IMG/VR virus record: IMGVR_UViG_3300046513_000108
Span: 1 to 26,390 of that record
Length of the DNA stretch: 26,390 bases
Strand: one strand, 5' to 3'
Origin: a virus
Lineage: Duplodnaviria > Heunggongvirae > Uroviricota > Caudoviricetes
The notes beneath the pieces are model-generated. The model was not told the origin of the DNA and ran no database searches. It worked only from the letters and a program-made list of their open reading frames with translations. Below are positions 22,948 to 26,390 of this stretch, piece by piece. The stretch's first letter is position 1; each line of letters opens with the position of its first letter. The position numbers and the translations under genes were made by a program.

Positions 22948-23226
22948 TTACTGTTTACTTCTAACTTCATCTAGCTTATCCTCAATACGATTAAGACGTT
23001 GATCCATCTTTGTTTCGTAATCTCGGAACATTTCTTTAATATCCCCAAGTGTGTCTTTTAAAGCTGTGTGGCTAACGTACACTTGAGCTACTATTGTTTT
23101 GAATTCTGCGAGGTCATTAGTTGCCTTCTCTGCTTTTGATTTTACATCTTGAAAGAGGAACCACAACACTGCTGCAAACGCGCCTAAAACAGCTTGTGCA
23201 ATCCACAATAAAACACTAGCTTCCAT
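22948..23226 (-). CDS. lysis-cassette protein, single N-terminal TM + coiled coil (holin/antiholin candidate)
   Basis: LLWIAQAVLGAFAAVLWFLF followed by a heptad-like tail RLNRIEDKLDEV; directly upstream of the endolysin. Confidence 0.55.
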   Translation of the reverse strand: MEASVLLWIAQAVLGAFAAVLWFLFQDVKSKAEKATNDLAEFKTIVAQVYVSHTALKDTLGDIKEMFRDYETKMDQRLNRIEDKLDEVRSKQ

Positions 23227-23227
23227 A

Positions 23228-23731
23228 TTAATCCTTCACGTAATTCAAAGTGTTTCCTTGAGAGAGTGCAGCTTGTATCACAGCGCTAGGTGTAGCTGTA
23301 TCTCCTAAAAATACTCCAGAGATGTTTCTACAGGCTATGACGAATTCACTACATTGCCATTCGTGGTTAGCACCAATCCTTAGTGTTTTGAGAAAGCCTT
23401 TGATTGCTTCTAGTTTAGAATATCCTCCTACACCTACTTCTGACAATGCATATTCTAATTCCTGAGAAGACATTGGTTTCTTCATCGGGACGTGATAGAA
23501 CCCATCTTTAGCATATTGAGACAGAGGTACAATGCGAATGAAAGGTGTGACAGCCTCTATTACAAATAATCTACCACTAACTTTCCAAATAAGTCCAACG
23601 TGGCTGTACTCACTCTCGGTGAAAAGCCTTACGGCTTGAATCTGTAAGTCTCTCCAAGAAGCCCATTCATAATGAGAGAGCGCAATTATGTCACCACTTT
23701 TAACATTCTTTCTGTATTCTGCGTATTTCAT
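23228..23731 (-). CDS. permuted papain-like NlpC/P60 (YiiX/YebB-type) protein
   Basis: KSGDIIAL, YSHVG (His before Cys), YSKL, QCSEFV and ATPSA. Confidence 0.8.
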   Translation of the reverse strand: MKYAEYRKNVKSGDIIALSHYEWASWRDLQIQAVRLFTESEYSHVGLIWKVSGRLFVIEAVTPFIRIVPLSQYAKDGFYHVPMKKPMSSQELEYALSEVGVGGYSKLEAIKGFLKTLRIGANHEWQCSEFVIACRNISGVFLGDTATPSAVIQAALSQGNTLNYVKD

Positions 23732-24120
23732 AATGTAGCAGCCTGTATAAATAGGTTGTCAAGGTCTTCCTCTGTCAATCCTAACAATGGCCCTAGGGCT
23801 TGCACAAGAGGGCGATTACGCTCTACAGAGGAGGAATAATCCCACTCTATTTGTGCTTGTTCTTTCGTAGGACTAGGTAGTGAGTTAATTGCTGGCCCTA
23901 CAGCATCCAGTTTCCCATTTGCAAATAGTGCTAGACGTGCCTGTCTCATTGTCACTAAGGCTGGAACGACAGGAGGAACAGGGGCAGGAGGTGTGAAGCT
24001 TGTTCCGTCCCACGTTGATCCGAGAACGGAATCTAGAGGGTCTACGAATTCAACTCCGTCAAAACCTCCTACAAGTGCATAGTTAATTACTACGTTATTT
24101 TCTAGTTGTGCTGCACGCAT
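23728..24120 (-). CDS. tail fibre-associated/assembly protein
   Basis: VTMRQARLAL...QIEWDYSSSVER...LGLTEEDLDNLFIQAATL is a pattern typical of genes directly after tail fibres. Confidence 0.6.
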   Translation of the reverse strand: MRAAQLENNVVINYALVGGFDGVEFVDPLDSVLGSTWDGTSFTPPAPVPPVVPALVTMRQARLALFANGKLDAVGPAINSLPSPTKEQAQIEWDYSSSVERNRPLVQALGPLLGLTEEDLDNLFIQAATL

Positions 24121-24154
24121 ATTGTTTTCCTTTTATCCAAATTTTAGTGAATAT

Positions 24155-25009
24155 TTACCACCAATAAATACGGGCAACGCCATTACCACCGGCACCAGAG
24201 AGAGCACCAGTAAGACCAGCACCACCACCGCCACCGGGAAATCCTCCATCACCACCATTACCTATAGAACCGCTACTAGAACCACCACCACCACCACTGC
24301 CACAGAGGTTAGAATTAGCGGGTACTGACTGTCCCGGAGAGCCATTACCAGTACCACTATTCGGGCCTCCAGTACCACCCCCGCCAGTACCCCAAAGTCC
24401 GTGAGCACCACCAGCACCACCAACATTGCTGGAACCCATGCCGCCTCCACCCCCTGCCCCGTAGAAAGAACCACCACCAGCACCACCGGCACCACCGGAA
24501 CCGGCTTGCCCGCCAGCACCACCACCGTATTCCGCCGTTCCTCCACTTGCGCCCGACGCCCCCTGCCCCGCCGCACCACCGTTTGTTGAAGAAGAACTGG
24601 TGTTAGAAGGAGCACCACCAACACCAGAATTACTTCCCGGCCCTAACGTCCCGCCACCACCACCGGGAGTTCCTGAGTTAACACCCCCACCACCACCATA
24701 AGCAGACATCAAAGACCCGAATGACGTTGTTCCACCAACGTTGCCATTGGCCCCCGCCGTCACTGCTGCACCACCCGCAGCGACAGTCACACTAACAACT
24801 CCAGTCACAAAGTTTGCTGGAATTATCCTAATATTTCTAGCACCACCTCCCCCTCCATTTGACGTTCCACTACTACCCCCACTACCACCACCCCCAACCA
24901 AATCAATGACGTAGAAACTTGCATCTGGCTTAGGATAAAATTTACCAGATGTTGTAAAAATTTGAGACTTAGCTTGAGGGGGAAGTGCAAAACTGTTTGG
25001 AAAAGTCAT
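24155..25009 (-). CDS. glycine-rich tail/virion protein
   Basis: IDLVGGGGSGG...VSVTVAAGG...TTSFG...many GGGGG runs...GAGGNGVARIYWW: phage Gly-rich domain architecture. Confidence 0.75.
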   Translation of the reverse strand: MTFPNSFALPPQAKSQIFTTSGKFYPKPDASFYVIDLVGGGGSGGSSGTSNGGGGGARNIRIIPANFVTGVVSVTVAAGGAAVTAGANGNVGGTTSFGSLMSAYGGGGGVNSGTPGGGGGTLGPGSNSGVGGAPSNTSSSSTNGGAAGQGASGASGGTAEYGGGAGGQAGSGGAGGAGGGSFYGAGGGGGMGSSNVGGAGGAHGLWGTGGGGTGGPNSGTGNGSPGQSVPANSNLCGSGGGGGSSSGSIGNGGDGGFPGGGGGAGLTGALSGAGGNGVARIYWW

Positions 25010-25011
25010 GA

Positions 25012-25413
25012 TTAGTAATCTCCACCATTAGCATACACATTTACATCTGTTTGAACTGTCTGAGAGATATAAAGTTGATAAGTAGGGGGGAGTATTAAAT
25101 CACTGTAAGTTTTTCTCACAGAGAATGAATCTACTGTGGTGCTTGCTGTCACTGCTGTTACGTCAATCTCGTCATAGAGGAAAGAAGTAGTGCCGTTATA
25201 AATCCAAATACTGATAATACTAGCTACAGATGTGGCTTTAGACTTAACTATAATGCTGTCTACTCGTTTACCGTTTGTTGATGTAGGAGTAAGCTGCACC
25301 AAACCTGTTGTACCTGTAATATTGGCACGAGAAGTAATTGCTGTAGCCGAAGTAAGGGTAGCAATACCGATCACAGGGGATGCGGGAAAGATTGGTTGAA
25401 TATTTGCTGCCAT
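25012..25413 (-). CDS. hypothetical tail-region protein
   Basis: Beta-rich Thr/Ser-rich 133 aa ending ANGGDY; GGAGG SD; late-operon context. Confidence 0.65.
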   Translation of the reverse strand: MAANIQPIFPASPVIGIATLTSATAITSRANITGTTGLVQLTPTSTNGKRVDSIIVKSKATSVASIISIWIYNGTTSFLYDEIDVTAVTASTTVDSFSVRKTYSDLILPPTYQLYISQTVQTDVNVYANGGDY

Positions 25414-25416
25414 AGT

Positions 25417-25851
25417 TTAAAAACCTCCGAAATTATTATTTGCGTAAAGAGTGCCAACTGGTGATCCCCCGATGGGGAGCCAATTCACAGTGTCATTGGA
25501 TGGGTCTGTAGTAGAACTGCTTGATGGTGTTTTCTTCCTAAATGCAAGAGAGTTGGCAGGACTAATCACTGTTACACCCTGCGCGTAGGTGTTCCCGCTT
25601 ACCCAAAGGGTCACTCCTGCACTGGACAAAGCAGCTTCAGCAGCATTGGCCGCGATTAATGCCTGTGCCGTAGCTGTGTTCGCATCTACATCAGCAGACA
25701 CGGCATTAGCACTCACTTCAGATGCTACTGTGTTAATTTCTGTACCAAATGTAGGAAGCGCGCCTAGAAAACTGTCCGCTGTAGAAGTGAATGTTGAGCT
25801 ATCCATACTCCTATTTGGAGGAGTTGGTAGCGGAGTTACTTGTGCAACCAT
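25417..25851 (-). CDS. tail-region protein with carbohydrate-binding-like C-terminal motif
   Basis: N-terminal PTPPNRSMDSSTFTSTADSFL, an Ala-rich helix, and WVSGNTYAQG...DPSNDTVNW (CBM5/12-like W...Y..G...W). Confidence 0.55.
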   Translation of the reverse strand: MVAQVTPLPTPPNRSMDSSTFTSTADSFLGALPTFGTEINTVASEVSANAVSADVDANTATAQALIAANAAEAALSSAGVTLWVSGNTYAQGVTVISPANSLAFRKKTPSSSSTTDPSNDTVNWLPIGGSPVGTLYANNNFGGF

Positions 25852-25852
25852 A

Positions 25853-26389
25853 TTATGTGAGTCCTTCTAATGTAATTGAAACTACAGAACAATCGTAATA
25901 AGAAATATCAATACTAAAATCTTTATAGAATCCGTAAACAAGTGTTGAACCGAATCTAGAACTTCCAATATATAATGTTGGTATAGCCCTTCTTTCAGAC
26001 AACAAATTGTAAACATAGTCTAAATCTGTGTTATTGATGAAAATATTAAAATCTGTTCTTCTGTTAAAAGCTCTCTGGACAATGTTAAAATTACCAAAGT
26101 CATCAGTGCTCTTAATCGAATAATCTTGAATACCTAGTTTAGCGCCATGCTCTACGCCCAACCCTTCACTAGAAATGTCGGTAGTTTGCCCAAATATACA
26201 ACCGCCGCAACCTGCTGTACCTCCTGTATTACTTACAATCACTTCAATTTGGACATTGGAATATTTAGGTAAATCATAAAATACAATATCTGTCTTCCGT
26301 CTGATTGGGGTAAAGAAATAAGTGTACCAATCAGTAATACCAGAACTGGATGTTAGTGTTTGTGTTTGGTCATACAATATCCCATCTAC
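25853..26389 (-). CDS. tail tip/distal tail protein (truncated by the window edge)
   Basis: The frame is open to the window edge (VDGILYDQ...). DWYTYFFTPI...DLP...GIQDYSIKSTDDFGN...RRAF...GFYKDFSIDISY is typical of siphovirus-like tail-tip genes. Confidence 0.6.
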   Translation of the reverse strand, partial: VDGILYDQTQTLTSSSGITDWYTYFFTPIRRKTDIVFYDLPKYSNVQIEVIVSNTGGTAGCGGCIFGQTTDISSEGLGVEHGAKLGIQDYSIKSTDDFGNFNIVQRAFNRRTDFNIFINNTDLDYVYNLLSERRAIPTLYIGSSRFGSTLVYGFYKDFSIDISYYDCSVVSITLEGLT

Positions 26390-26390
26390 A

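Noticed and set aside
24122-24624. Plus-strand Thr-rich and Val-rich ORFs (24122-24328, 24262-24624, 24401-24589)
   Set aside because: These are antisense readings of the GGN/GGT-rich Gly codons of 24155-25009, with low-complexity artefact composition.
24200-24900. Repeated ACCACC/CCACCA motifs resembling a tandem repeat or CRISPR array
   Set aside because: They are explained by poly-Gly codons on the minus strand. There is no constant repeat-spacer period and no cas gene.
1-26390. Stop-codon reassignment, integrase/repressor, or CRISPR array
   Set aside because: Standard-code ORFs tile the window densely, and TAG, TGA and TAA all end genes normally. No recombinase or repressor motifs or spacer arrays were seen.

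Overview
This is a 26.4 kb segment of an AT-rich, lytic-type tailed dsDNA phage (Caudoviricetes). A Gram-negative host is inferred from the sigma70 promoters and the style of the lysis and tail genes. Bases 1-21872 (+ strand) hold an early/middle region. It has many small hypothetical and membrane genes and a PcfJ-like protein. Its replication and nucleotide-metabolism genes are a Pol-beta-family nucleotidyltransferase, T7-gp4-like primase-helicase, family A DNA polymerase, SSB, 5'-3' exonuclease, HNH nuclease, MazG-like pyrophosphatase and class I nrdA/nrdB. It also carries a Ser/Thr phosphatase, an HTH-metallophosphoesterase, one intact and two decayed homing endonuclease genes, a tRNA(CAU) and a non-canonical tRNA-Arg(UCU)-like element. 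Bases 21983-26390 (- strand) are the end of the late operon: tail-tip and fibre genes, a permuted papain-like protein and a lysis cassette (TM/coiled-coil protein, M15 endolysin, 2-TM holin-like protein). The two halves converge on a pair of intrinsic terminators. The two strongest leads are (1) a 124-aa signal-peptide ORF with its own SD, encoded in the +1 frame inside the holin-like gene of a cassette with no recognisable spanin, and (2) an 88-nt CCA-ended tRNA-like RNA that lacks a D-arm and has an enlarged variable region. All calls come from reading motifs by eye; no database searches were run.
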